From assembly GCA_963818475.1 (NCBI GenBank), contig CAWFSF010000003.1, positions 96,001 to 160,000 of the forward strand: 64,000 nucleotides of DNA. The letters are read 5' to 3'. The position numbers were made by a program, and so were the translations under genes. Source of the DNA: Nitrospirota bacterium. GTDB taxonomy: Bacteria > Nitrospirota > UBA9217. Below the pieces are notes generated by a model. That model was not told where the DNA came from and did not search any database. It worked only from the letters and a program-made list of their open reading frames with translations. This document shows positions 40,630-51,513 of the stretch, in pieces; the stretch's first letter is position 1, and each line of letters opens with the position of its first letter.

Positions 40630-43600
40630 TTACGGCGTGCTGAAGCTGAAGCTATGCTGGGCGTTCGGGTTGCCGTCTTTGTCTCTGATCGCGTCCGCCG
40701 GGACGGTGACAACATAGGTCTTGGCCGTTTCAAGATTTGCGGCCGGGTCGATGACGATAATGCTGGTGTCAACGATCTCAGCCCATTCCTCTTCGTCAAA
40801 TACCCGGTAGTAATCGATGCCGGCGCTCACGGTATTGCCTGCCTGATCTTTCAGAACGATTCCTGCAAAATTAGGCCCTGCGGACGTCCCTTCAGAAAGA
40901 TTCACGGTAATGGTCGTGTCCACCGCCACGTTGGTCGCGCCGTTTGCAGGAGTGCTGCCGCTTATAACGGGCGGTACGATGTCCAGCGTCCTGAAGCTGA
41001 AGCTGTAGGCGGCCAGGGACACGCCTGCGGCGTTCCTGATGGAATCGGCCGGGATCGTTACGGTGTAGGTCGTGTCGTTCGCAAGGTTCGCCGCCGGGTC
41101 GATCGTGAGCACGTTTCCGTTCAGGCTGATGGAGCTCTCTATGGTTGCTTCGCCGGCCTTGAGCGTGATGCTGCTGAACGCGGGGCCCTGCAACCCGTTT
41201 TCGCTCAGCGTCGCGGTTATCGTCTGGTCCGCCGGGAAACTGATCACCCTGTTAGCGGGATTGGTTGACGTTACCGAATACCGCGTGCTGAAGTGGAAGA
41301 TGATGCGGCTGTTCGGCCTGCCATTCTCATCCCTGACCGCGTCCGCCGGGACGTCTACCGTGTACGTGGTGTCGTAGGCGAGTTCCGAGGCCGGGTCGAT
41401 CGTGAGCACGTTTCCGTTTATGCTGACCGCGCTCTGGACGTTCGCCCCTCCCCCTGCCCTGAGCGTGATGCTGCTGAACGCGGGTCCCTGCACTCCGTTG
41501 CCGATCAGGGTTACAGTGATCGACTGGTCCACCGGCACCCCGGTCGCGCCGTCGGCCGGGCTGGTTGCCGTTACAACGAACGGCGTGCTGAAGCTGAAGC
41601 TGTACTGGCTGTTCGGATTGCCGTCCTTGTCCCTGACCGCATCCGCCGGGACGGCGACAATATAGATCTTGCCCATGTCAAGATTTGCGGCCGGGTCGAT
41701 GACGATAAGGCTGGTGTCAACGATCTCGGCCCATTCCCATTCATCCCAATACCGGGAGTAGTCGATCGCCGCGTTCACGGTATTGCCGGCTTCGTCTTTC
41801 AGGGTGATGCCGGTAAAATTCGGCCCTGCTGCCGTCACTTCGCTCAGATTCACGGTAACGGTCGTATCCACCGGCACGCTGGTTGCGCCGTTTGCCGGAT
41901 TAGAGCCGATTACCACGGGCGCCACGATGTCCACGGTTCGGAAGCTGAAGCTGTACTGGTTCACGGAGACCCCGAAGGCATTCCTGATAGAATCGGCCGG
42001 GATGGTGACCGTGTAGGTGGTGTCGGTGCCGAGGTTCGCAGCCGGGTCTATCGTTAAAACGTTTCCGCTCAGGCTGCGGGCCGCCTCGATGGCTGTTGTT
42101 CCGTCCGTCAGGGTGATGCTGTTGAAATTGGGACCCGCTGCCCCGTCTTCGCTCAGGGTCATGGTGATCGTCTGGCCAACCGGGACCATGGTCGCGTAGT
42201 TCGCGGGACTGGTTGTTGTTACGATGAACGGCGTGCTGAAGCTGAAGGTGTACTGGGCGTTCGCGTTGCCGTCCTTGTCCCGGACCGCGTCCGCGGGGAC
42301 GGTGACAGTATAGGTCTTGCCCATTTCAAGATTCGCGACCGGGTCGATCACGATGATTCTGGTATCGACTCTCTCTTCCCATTCCTCTTCACCTACTTCT
42401 TCCCAGTACCGGTAGTAGTCGATGGCCGCGTTCACCGGATTTCCGGCTGCGTCTTTAAGGGTGATTGCGCCGAAATTGGGCCCTGTTGACGTTTCTTCCG
42501 TAAGATTCACCGTGACGGTCGTGCCCACCGCTACGTTGGTCGCGCCGTTCGCGGGACTGGTGCTGCTTACCGCCGCCGAACTGATGTCCAGGGTCCTGAA
42601 GCTGAAGCTGCAGGCGTTTATTGAAACGCCTCCTGCATTCCTGATCGCGTCGGCCGGGATGTTCACCGTGTAGGTGGTGTCGTTGCCGAGGTTTGCAGCC
42701 GGGTCGATCGTGAGCACGTTTGCGTTCAGGCTGATCGCGCTCTGGACGGTCGTTGCTCCGGCCTTCAACGTTATCGTGCTGAAGTTGGGACCCTGCACCC
42801 CGTCGCCGCTCAAGGTTACGGTGATCGTCTGGCCGACCGGGACCATGGTCGCGTTGTTCGCGGGGCTGGCTTGCCGTTACTATGAACGGCGTGCTGAAGC
42901 TGAAGCTGGACTGGCTGTTGGGATTGCCGTCCTTGTCCCTGACCGCGTCCGCGGGGACGGTGACAGTATAGGTCTTGCCCATTTCAAGATTCGCGACCGG
43001 GTCGATCACGATGATTCTGGTGTCGACTCTCTCTTCCCATTCCTCTTCACCTACTTCGTCCCAGTACCGGTAGTAGTCGATGGCCGCGTTCACCGGATTT
43101 CCGGCTGCGTCCTTAAGGGTGATTGCGCCGAAATTGGGCCCTGTTGACGTTTCTTCCGTAAGATTCATCGTGACGGTCGTGCCCACGGCCACGCTGGTCG
43201 CGCCGTTCGCGGGCATGCTGCCGCTTACTGCAGGCGCTATGATGTCCAGGGTCCTGAAGCCGAAGCTGTAGGCGTTTATTGAAACGCCTCCTGCATTCCT
43301 GATCGCGTCGGCCGGGATGTTCACCGTGTAGGTGGTGTCGTTGCCGAGGTTTGCAGCCGGGTCGATCGTGAGCACGTTTGCGTTCAGGCTGATCGCGCTC
43401 TGGACGGTCGTCGTCCCGGCCTTGAGCGTTATATTGCCGAACGCGGGACCCTGCACCCCGTCGCCGCCCAAGGTTACGGTGATCGTCTGGTCCGACCGGG
43501 ACCATGGTCGCGTTGTTCGCGGGGCTGGTTGCCGTTACTATGAACGGCGTGCTGAAGCTGAAGGTGTACTGGGCGTTCGCGTTGCCGTCCTTGTCCCTGA

Positions 43601-46600
43601 CCGCGTCCGCGGGGACGGTGACAGTATAGGTCTTGCCCATTTCAAGATTCGCGACCGGGTCGATCACGATGATTCTGGTGTCGACTCTCTCTTCCCATTC
43701 CTCTTCACCTACTTCTTCCCAGTACCGGTAGTAGTCGATGGCCGCGTTCACCGGATTCCCGGCTGCGTCTTTAAGGGTGATTGCGCCGAAATTGGGCCCT
43801 GTTGACGTTTCTTCCGTAAGATTCATCGTGACGGTCGTGCCCACGGCCACGTTGGTCGCGCCGTTCGCGGGCATGCTGCCGCTTACTGCAGGCGCTATGA
43901 TGTCCAGGGTCCTGAAGCCGAAGCTGTGCGGGTTCACGGACACGCCGCCGCTGTGCGGGTTCACGGACAAGCCGCCGGCATTCAAGATGGAATCAGCCGG
44001 GATGGTCACCGTATACGAGGTGTCGCTGGCGAGATTCGCGGCCGGGTCGATCGTTAAAACATTTCCATTCAGGCTGACCGTGCTCTGGATCGTCGTCGCT
44101 CCGGCCTTAAGCGTGATATTGCCGAACGCGGGGCCCTGCACTCCGTCCTCGCTTAACGTAACAATAATTGTTTTATCCGCCGGGACTTTGGTCGCGTTAT
44201 TGGCCGGGTCAGTGGAAATTACGGCAAAGGGCGTTCGGAAGCTGAAGACATAAACCTTATTGGCCAGACCTCCCGCATCCCTGACCGCGTCCGCCGGAAT
44301 GGTTGCGATATAGGCTTTGCCCATTTGAAGGTCCGCGGCCGGGTCGATTACGATAACGCTGGTATCATAGAACCATTCCTCGTACTCGTCGTCCCAGTAC
44401 CTGGCGTAGTTGATGGCTGCACTTGCCGTATTGCCGGCTGCATCTTTCAAAACGATGGCGGTGAAGTTAGGCCCTGCTACCGTATTTTCTGTAAGATTAA
44501 CCGTGATGGTCGTGGCCACCGGCACGTTCATCGCGTTGTTTGCGGGATTGGTGCTGCTCACCGCGGGCGGGACGATATCCGCGGTCGCGAAGCTGAAAAC
44601 GTGCCCGGATTGCAGCATATTGCCCATCATGTCTTTTATCGAGTCCGCGGGGATGGTTACGGTATAGCCGGTTTCGCCGTTCAGGCTTGAGACCGGATCA
44701 ATATTCAGGACGTTTCCGTTTATGCTCAATGCTGCCTCGACGGCTGTTGACCCAGTCTGCAGGGTAATAAGACTGAAGTTTGTCGCCTCCTGTATACTCT
44801 CGCTGAATGTTACCGCCAGGGTCTTTGTAACCGGCACGTTTATCGCGCCGTTTAACGGATCGCTGCCTGCCACCGTCGGCGGAAAAGCATCCGGCAATGT
44901 GCTGAAACCGAATGTATAGGCTGCAAGGGCGTTGCCCGCCGGATCGGTTATTGCGCCCTCGGGGATGGTAATGGTGTATGCGGTATTGTTGCCCAGATTT
45001 GAAACCGGATCGATGATTAAAACAGCTCCGTTTATGCTTATCGTTGACTGCACAACCGACGTGCCGACCTTTAAAGCTATCTGGCTGAAATTGCTTCCCT
45101 TGACCACGTTCTCGCTGATCGTGACCGTGACGGTTTGAGTTGCGAGTATGGTTTCAGATCCGTCAACCGGATCGGTGCCTGTCACGACCGGAACTATGGT
45201 GTCCGGCGTTTTAAAGCTGAAGGTATATGATGCCAGGGGTGTTCCGTCCATCTTCTGTACGCCGTCTGCCGGGATGGTTACGGTATAAGCCTTGTTCAGC
45301 TCAAGATCAGCCACGGGGTCTATGGTCAGGACGCTGCCGCTTACTTGTGAAACGATTGCAACCGTTGTTTCCCCGGTCTTCAAGGTGATAGCGCCGAACC
45401 CGGTCCCCGCCTGCACCTCCATGTTGTATGTTACGGTTATAGTCTTATCGACCGGAACTTCGATTGCTCCATTCGCCGGGTCGGTGGACCGCACGTCCAG
45501 CTTCATCAAAGCGGCGCCGGCCTTGGCCATGCCGCCCGAAACTGTTTTTCCCTGAAGTGACGCCAAAGGCGCCGCTGATTCCATGATCAGATCGCGGACG
45601 TCTTCGGCGGTTCTGGAAGGGGCCCGGCTCAGGATCAGCGCCGCAATGCCCGCCACATGCGGAGTTGCCATGGAGGTTCCGCTTAGATATCCGTATGCAT
45701 TTCCGGGCATGCTGCTCAGAACATCCAGTCCCGGCGCGCCGACATCCACGGTAGTTGCGCCGTAGTTGGAGAAGTAGGCCAATCCTCCCTGGTTATTAAT
45801 CGCGGCAACGGAGATTATATTGCTGCAGTCATACGCCGCGGGATACATGGGAGATACATCGGCATTCAGGCTGCTGTTGCCGGCCGCTGCCACAAAGACG
45901 CCGCCCCAATTCACGATCGCATCGTGTAAAGCCTGGGAATAGCCGCCTCCGCCCCACGAGTTGTTGGTGATCCTTACTCCCATTAATGCGGCATAGCCTA
46001 CCGCGTCGATAGCATCGTCGATCGTGCCATACCCGCCCGCGCCCAAAAATTGTATGGCCATTATTTTCACGTGGGGCGCGACTCCCGCGACGCCGATGCC
46101 GTTGTTCGCAATACCGGCGATCGTACCCGCGACGTGAGTGGCATGGAAATGGTCGCCGGCTTCAAATACGCTGGCATGGTCGTTGGCGAAATCCCAGCCG
46201 TGCACGTCGTCTATAAAACCGTTGCTGTCGTTGTCGATGCCGTCCCCCGCGATTTCTCCCGGGTTGGTCCAGATGTTATCGGCCAGATCGGGATGGCTGA
46301 TATCCAGACCCGTATCGATGATCCCGACAACGACCTCCGGCGACCCCTGTTCATTGTCCCATGCTTCGGGACCGTCGATATCGACATCCGCGACTCCCGC
46401 GGCGCCCTGTATGACCTGGCCGGTGTTATGGATGCCCCATAACTCGTTGAGTCTTGGATCGTTAACATCGGCCTGGACCCGTACAATGTAGTTCGGCTCG
46501 GCGTAGAGGACGTTTGAATTCTTTTTCAGCTTCAGGATGACATCTTTGACATTATCTTTATCCTTATTCTTTATTTTGACCAGTTCGCTTCCGGTCAAGG

Positions 46601-46838
46601 TATGCTTCTTTACCGTGCGTATGCCAACCTTGTCCTTTAATGCCTGCTTTTCAGCCTCATCCATCTCCGGCTTGAACTTGACTATGACCTCGTCCTGCAC
46701 GTATTCGATCTGGTCTTCAGCCAATATCTTATCATCCCCGTCCTTCATGACAGCGAGGCCCGGTGAACCGGTGATCAGGATGACAGCAAGGGCAAGCAGA
46801 ATCCATGAAGCAATCGATCCGTTCTTATTTTCTTTCAT
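40630..46838 (-). CDS. ~2000-aa secreted S8 serine protease with long Big_5 Ig-like array (frameshifts near 43490 and 42870, likely errors)
   Basis: IIDTG, HATHVAG, GTSMATPHVAG; Big_5 repeats continue across ORFs 43113-46898, 42455-43471 and 40630-42846. Confidence 0.9.
42180..43925. repeat. Near-identical ~659-bp tandem units within the S8/Big_5 gene
   Basis: The YYRYW(E/D)EVGEEEWEERVDTR-coding DNA recurs at ~42360, ~43020 and ~43680. Confidence 0.85.
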
Positions 46839-47362
46839 TGTCGCCTCCGTATCAGCACTGTTCAAGAATAAAAATAATTTTGACTTGGTGACGCGCAAGT
46901 TGCAAAGGATGGGAGGATCCAGGATGAGTTAGACTGATACTTTTGTCGTCATGTGGAAAATATCAGGGTTTTTTTAGCATGTCAAGCATTAACTATGCAA
47001 TTACGAAACAGTGTGCAACAATCTGAAAATGACCGCAATATAGAGTTAATCAGGAAAGAAATTTCATTAGGCGGGAAATAAAAATGGCTCAGCGGGGAAG
47101 CAGCAAAGAGCTTACACATGCTTTTTTATTTAGTGCGAGAACGTTTGCCCAATGTGCGATCATCCGAATTTGTGCAGTATGAAATTCCATACATTGCCGT
47201 AACCGTCTGTTTGTATGTTCTAAATATTTATTTTAGTCACTAAGACCAAAGTGTTACTGCAGTGAAATCCATACAGTCTTATTCGGTCATGAACTGCCCT
47301 CTAGAAACGGGAAAATAAAAATTACCCATAAAAACAGGAGAGTATCGCAAGTACGCAACTTA

Positions 47363-47378
47363 TGGCATTTCACTTGCT
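47363..47378 (+). promoter_or_regulatory. Candidate sigma54 promoter
   Basis: TGGCATTTCACTTGCT with GG-N10-GC spacing. Confidence 0.5.
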
Positions 47379-47689
47379 ATGTGCTACGAAAGTATTGCGC
47401 GACAGATGCAATTTATGAGCTTCCTGACCTGAGCATGGGGGATCCCACATTTTTCAAGGCTATTTCGTATAAAAGTAGATGAAACGGATTTAGCTTCAGA
47501 AACAAGAAGAACCTTTCAGGAGAAAGGGAGACGAGAGGTGAAATGGAGATTAACTGCTTTTAATAATCCGGTTACCCCCTTTTTCCCAGCTTCCCCCTTT
47601 CTCCTCCAGAGAGGTTGTTGATCTTGGATTTCGGTTTTACGAACTTTTCAACTTAAATTTAATACGAATGAACCTTTTTGACGAAGGAG

Positions 47690-48679
47690 ATGAAAGTGAA
47701 AAAGTTTTTCGCCCTATCAGTGTTCGTTCTCATGTTGCTGTCTTCCTTTACCTCATCGATCCATGCAAAGCAACCGGCCGCGGAAGCTCAGCAGAAGATC
47801 GACCTTGCGATGACCTTGAAATTCGTTCAGGGCTGGTCCGCGGCAAACAAATTCCCCGAGTCCCCTTCGTCTGCCTACTATACCGTCTATTCCCTGAAAG
47901 CCCTGAACGGTGAGATCAGCCCGGCACTCAGGCAGAAGATCGTCGATGCGATAAAGAATTGCCAGATGAAAGACGGCGGTTTTTCCGCGGGGCCGGGCGA
48001 TGAAACGGGATCAAATACGATATTCACCTATTACTCGCTGGCGGCCCTTGATCTTCTCAAAGCACTGGATGCAATAGACCGGCAGCAGGCCGTCGCGTAT
48101 GTCAGCTCGCTGGTCCAGACAAACGGCAGCATCAAGGCGAAGGCCGCGGACACCGGAGCGACCCTGGCCACGACCTATTACGGGGTCGCTTCGCTCGGGC
48201 TTCTCCATGCCCTCGACACGGTGGACGGAAAAAGCGTCATTGTCTACATCAATACCTACCGGGACGAGCGCAAGGGATATTGCCTTATCCCCGGCAAGAT
48301 CTCCATGACCGGGCCGACGTTTATGGCAGTAAAGTCCCTTTCCCTTCTCAACGGGTTGACCCCTTCCATCCGGAAAGAGGTCGTGAACTATCTGAAGGGG
48401 TCCCGCTACTCCGGGCGCATGAAACAGAACACGTATTCAACTCCGCCGGGCATTCAGGACTTGGCTGCGGTGATCGATACTCTCGCGGAGCTTTCATCGC
48501 TGAACGTCATCGATAAATACAGTGTATACAAACTCATTGAATCACTTTATATCCCGAAGAACGGCGGATTCGGCCCTGAGCCGGGCCTCGGCTCGACTCA
48601 GTCGAGCACCTATCAGGCAATTAACTGCCTGGCAAAGATCGGGAAACTTGATGCCTTGTACGCGCCGCTCAGGAAGTGA
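47690..48679 (+). CDS. Secreted prenyltransferase/squalene-oxidase repeat protein
   Basis: Signal peptide; CQMKDGGF, TYYSLAALDLL, KNGGFGPEPG..S....TYQAI repeats. Confidence 0.8.
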   Translation: MKVKKFFALSVFVLMLLSSFTSSIHAKQPAAEAQQKIDLAMTLKFVQGWSAANKFPESPSSAYYTVYSLKALNGEISPALRQKIVDAIKNCQMKDGGFSAGPGDETGSNTIFTYYSLAALDLLKALDAIDRQQAVAYVSSLVQTNGSIKAKAADTGATLATTYYGVASLGLLHALDTVDGKSVIVYINTYRDERKGYCLIPGKISMTGPTFMAVKSLSLLNGLTPSIRKEVVNYLKGSRYSGRMKQNTYSTPPGIQDLAAVIDTLAELSSLNVIDKYSVYKLIESLYIPKNGGFGPEPGLGSTQSSTYQAINCLAKIGKLDALYAPLRK

Positions 48680-48723
48680 AAGTTTGGGAGTCAATTCATA
48701 TTACGTAAGGAGGAACAAGGTTA

Positions 48724-48848
48724 CTAATGCAAACGCATTTAGATTCGTTACTGATTTGCCCCTCACCTTTGTCCTCTCCCCAGCGGGGAGAGGGTAGGGC
48801 GAGGGGGGACTTTCCTGGATGTAACAATATTTAATGCGTTTGTATTAG
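48724..48848. mobile_element. MITE-like element with internal CCCTCACC...GGGAGAGGG palindrome
   Basis: 16-bp terminal IRs ctaatgcaaacgcatt / aatgcgtttgtattag (1 mismatch). Confidence 0.7.
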
Positions 48849-48892
48849 AACCTATCTCAAAATCAGTTTTTTGCTTTCGTCCGTCTTTTTGC

Positions 48893-49037
48893 GTCATTCC
48901 CGTGTAAACGGGAATCCAGTGTTTTCAGCCTTGTCTGGTAAAGCATCAATATCTTACCTCATGCCGTCATTCCGGGCTTGACCCGGAATCCAGTTTTTTT
49001 TCGCGAATCTCTGGATTCCCGCTTTCGCGGGAATGAC
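48893..49037. repeat. Three GTCATTCC...GGAATCCAG REP palindromes
   Basis: 48893-48919, 48966-48993 and inverted 49011-49037. Confidence 0.9.
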
Positions 49038-49066
49038 AGACACTGAGTAGGACAGCAGAAAAAGCA

Positions 49067-49090
49067 AAAGCCCCTGATTTCAGGGGCTTT
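49067..49090. terminator. Bidirectional terminator-like hairpin
   Basis: aaagcccctg-attt-caggggcttt. Confidence 0.7.
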
Positions 49091-49132
49091 CGCACGGACG
49101 TTGATGGGGTAAGGGAGATGTGACTTACTCAC

Positions 49133-49594
49133 TTATTTGAACAATTTCAAATAGGCTGAAAATACGTATTGCTTTCCCCTTTTACCACCGGTGATTTCCT
49201 TCAATATTCCGAACCGATCCAGATCAGCAATCAGTTTATATGCAGATGCCGGCGATATTCCCGTCACTTCTCCAACCTTGGCAGCATCGATCATTGGACG
49301 TTGATAGAGGTAATGAACAACCTTCTGTGCATTTGCCGTTCTGCTTCCAAGCGTCTGGATCTGGGTTTCCACCTTCTTTTGCAGCTTGAGAATGTTGTCA
49401 AACGTCGCAATGCTGCTTTTCGCGGTTTCGATTATTCCTATGAGGAAAAACTTGAACCATTGAAAAAGGTCGTTCTTTTCCCTCGCACGCATGAGATTAT
49501 CGTAATACACCGTTCGATTACGCTCGAGCTGTTTTAGTATTCCTCTGTTGACAAGGTAAAGGGTGATCAGTAACCGCCCCACGCGGCCATTGCG
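49133..49594 (-). pseudogene. Fic-family protein C-terminal fragment
   Basis: NGRVGRLLI end of the Fic motif plus wHTH (GILKEITGGKRGKQYVF); N-terminus missing. Confidence 0.8.
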
Positions 49595-49678
49595 CGCTAT
49601 TTTAGTTTTCGTGTAAAATCTAAAATAAGCATCGTAGTTATTTTAGCCTGACGAGGTCGTTTTCTTTTGCACCCCTCA

Positions 49679-50605
49679 GTGTCAGGCCTATAATGTTTAT
49701 ATTTCTATTTTTTCATAAGCTGACTGACGTACGTAAAGTGCATCCCCAGGTGATCAGCTATCGCCCGCTGGGTATATCCGTATTTCTCAACAGCCTCCGC
49801 AATCTTCCGGCTGCGCTTTTGCTTGTCTTTCAGTACAGCCAGCGAAAAGATTTTTGCGAGTTCAGGCCTATGCGCATATCGCTGGCTTCTTGGTATTTCC
49901 GGGACATCCTTGTGTTTTCTCAGATGATCGAGAAGCTTATCGGCAAATTCCTCTTCCCCGAGAATGATCTGACCTCTGACTTCAGTCCAGATCGTCTGTT
50001 TTCCAATTCCCCAATGGACAAACTGTTTATATTCTTTCTCAGCCTTGCCCCTCTTTCCACTGAACTGACCGAGTACCCAGTCGGTCGTAAGGCAGGGATG
50101 CGCTCCTTCCCTTCCAACTGTAGCCCGGTAGCTGCTCCACTTCCATGCTTCGGGAGCATCCACCATCTTTGCCCTTACCGGATTGAGGACGACATATCGG
50201 CAAACCTCCAGAAGATGGCTGTCTTTCTGGATAAGGATGGATTTGTATCTTCCCTGAAAGAGATGGCCGGCACGTCCATGAAGCTTATTGAAGAGCTGAG
50301 TATACACGCCGTTCAACTGCCGCATGCCGATTGCAAGGTTTCCGTCCGGCGTCTCGACCAGAAGATGGTAATGGTTGTCCATGAGGCAACAGGCGTGGCA
50401 GATCCAGTTGTAGCGTTTTTTGACATGCTGAAGGGTATTGAGGAAGTTGATGCGGTCCTGGTCGCTTTTAAAAACGGGCTTTCGCTCGTTTCCACGAGAA
50501 GTAATATGGTAGACAGCACCTGCATACTCTATTCGCAAAGGTCGAGCCATTGGCCCAGAGGATATCAGAAGAAAAGATAAAAGTCAAACATTATAGACCT
50601 GACCC
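49679..50605 (-). mobile_element. Y1 (HUH) transposase with C-terminal HTH (CDS 49705-50550), bounded by 20-bp terminal inverted repeats
   Basis: MARPLRIEY.GAVYHITSRGN, MDNHYH, FQGRYKS, YVVLNPVRA; IRs gtgtcaggcctataatgttt (49679-49698) and aaacattatagacctgaccc (50586-50605), 18/20 match. Confidence 0.9.
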
Positions 50606-50662
50606 TATGAGTTGTTCGGTTTTCTACTTGCGTCTTTTACTTGCTATCTTTCTGGCAGCTCA

Positions 50663-51424
50663 CTACATGACAGTTTTGCGTAGATAACCCAACCAGTCCA
50701 GTGTCCTTGCATATTTCTCCTGGGATAGTGGGTCTGGAGCGGCTAACTTCATGATCCCAAGTTGATGAGCTAGATTTGAGTGTGATAGGGTATACATCCC
50801 CCAGTTACGAACGTTGGGATTCACCGGCACAACAACATAACCATCAAAGTTACCATTGTCATAAGTTGATGTTTTATGAAAAGGTATTTCTCGGTAGGGC
50901 TGTAGATGCATCGCAAAAGAATAATCTTTAGCCCATTCAATGCCACTTTCACTGGCCTTGGGCTTAGTTATTTTGCAGCGATTATCCAGATGCTCAAAAT
51001 GAGCCACAACTGAAGGTGTCAGAATGGTACCTATCCAATTCTGAGAGTGTTGATAATGATTGGCCTCTACAATCGGTCGTCCTGCCAAAATAACACCCTG
51101 TCGCGTATTTGGTGAACGCATAAATGTACCGTACGCGATTGCCCCACGAACAGCGATGCGTTGCTGAGAAAGTTGATATGACAGATGTGAGCAGGTGCGA
51201 ATGATGTTTGCAAAGCTTTCATCAGTTTCATCAATTGTATTAATAACGAGATTATCTGAAAAAAGTACGAATTGCAGTGATGGATTGGCACTGTCAAGTA
51301 TGGAAATGACTGACTCGATGTATTTTTGCACTTGGTCGAGCCCATCATCCTTGCCCACAAGCTCGCGAAAACCCAGAACGTCTATTAACGCAACGAATCC
51401 TGTAATCCTTTTCACATCATCCAC
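50663..51424 (-). CDS. Class III nucleotide-cyclase-like protein
   Basis: IDVLGF, FSD, RGAIAYG, GRPIVEA motifs; low GC. Confidence 0.7.
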   Translation of the reverse strand: MDDVKRITGFVALIDVLGFRELVGKDDGLDQVQKYIESVISILDSANPSLQFVLFSDNLVINTIDETDESFANIIRTCSHLSYQLSQQRIAVRGAIAYGTFMRSPNTRQGVILAGRPIVEANHYQHSQNWIGTILTPSVVAHFEHLDNRCKITKPKASESGIEWAKDYSFAMHLQPYREIPFHKTSTYDNGNFDGYVVVPVNPNVRNWGMYTLSHSNLAHQLGIMKLAAPDPLSQEKYARTLDWLGYLRKTVM

Positions 51425-51513
51425 GGCAAAGATTCCTCCAGATATTTGTCCGGTAGAGAACCGGAGAATAGTTTAGTCCTCGCCCTACATAAAGACTTGG
51501 GCTGCGGGACGGT

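Noticed and set aside
40630-44420. Repeats with variable loops as a DGR or CRISPR-like array
   Set aside because: No reverse transcriptase or cas genes seen, no evident adenine-specific variation, and the units are coding domains
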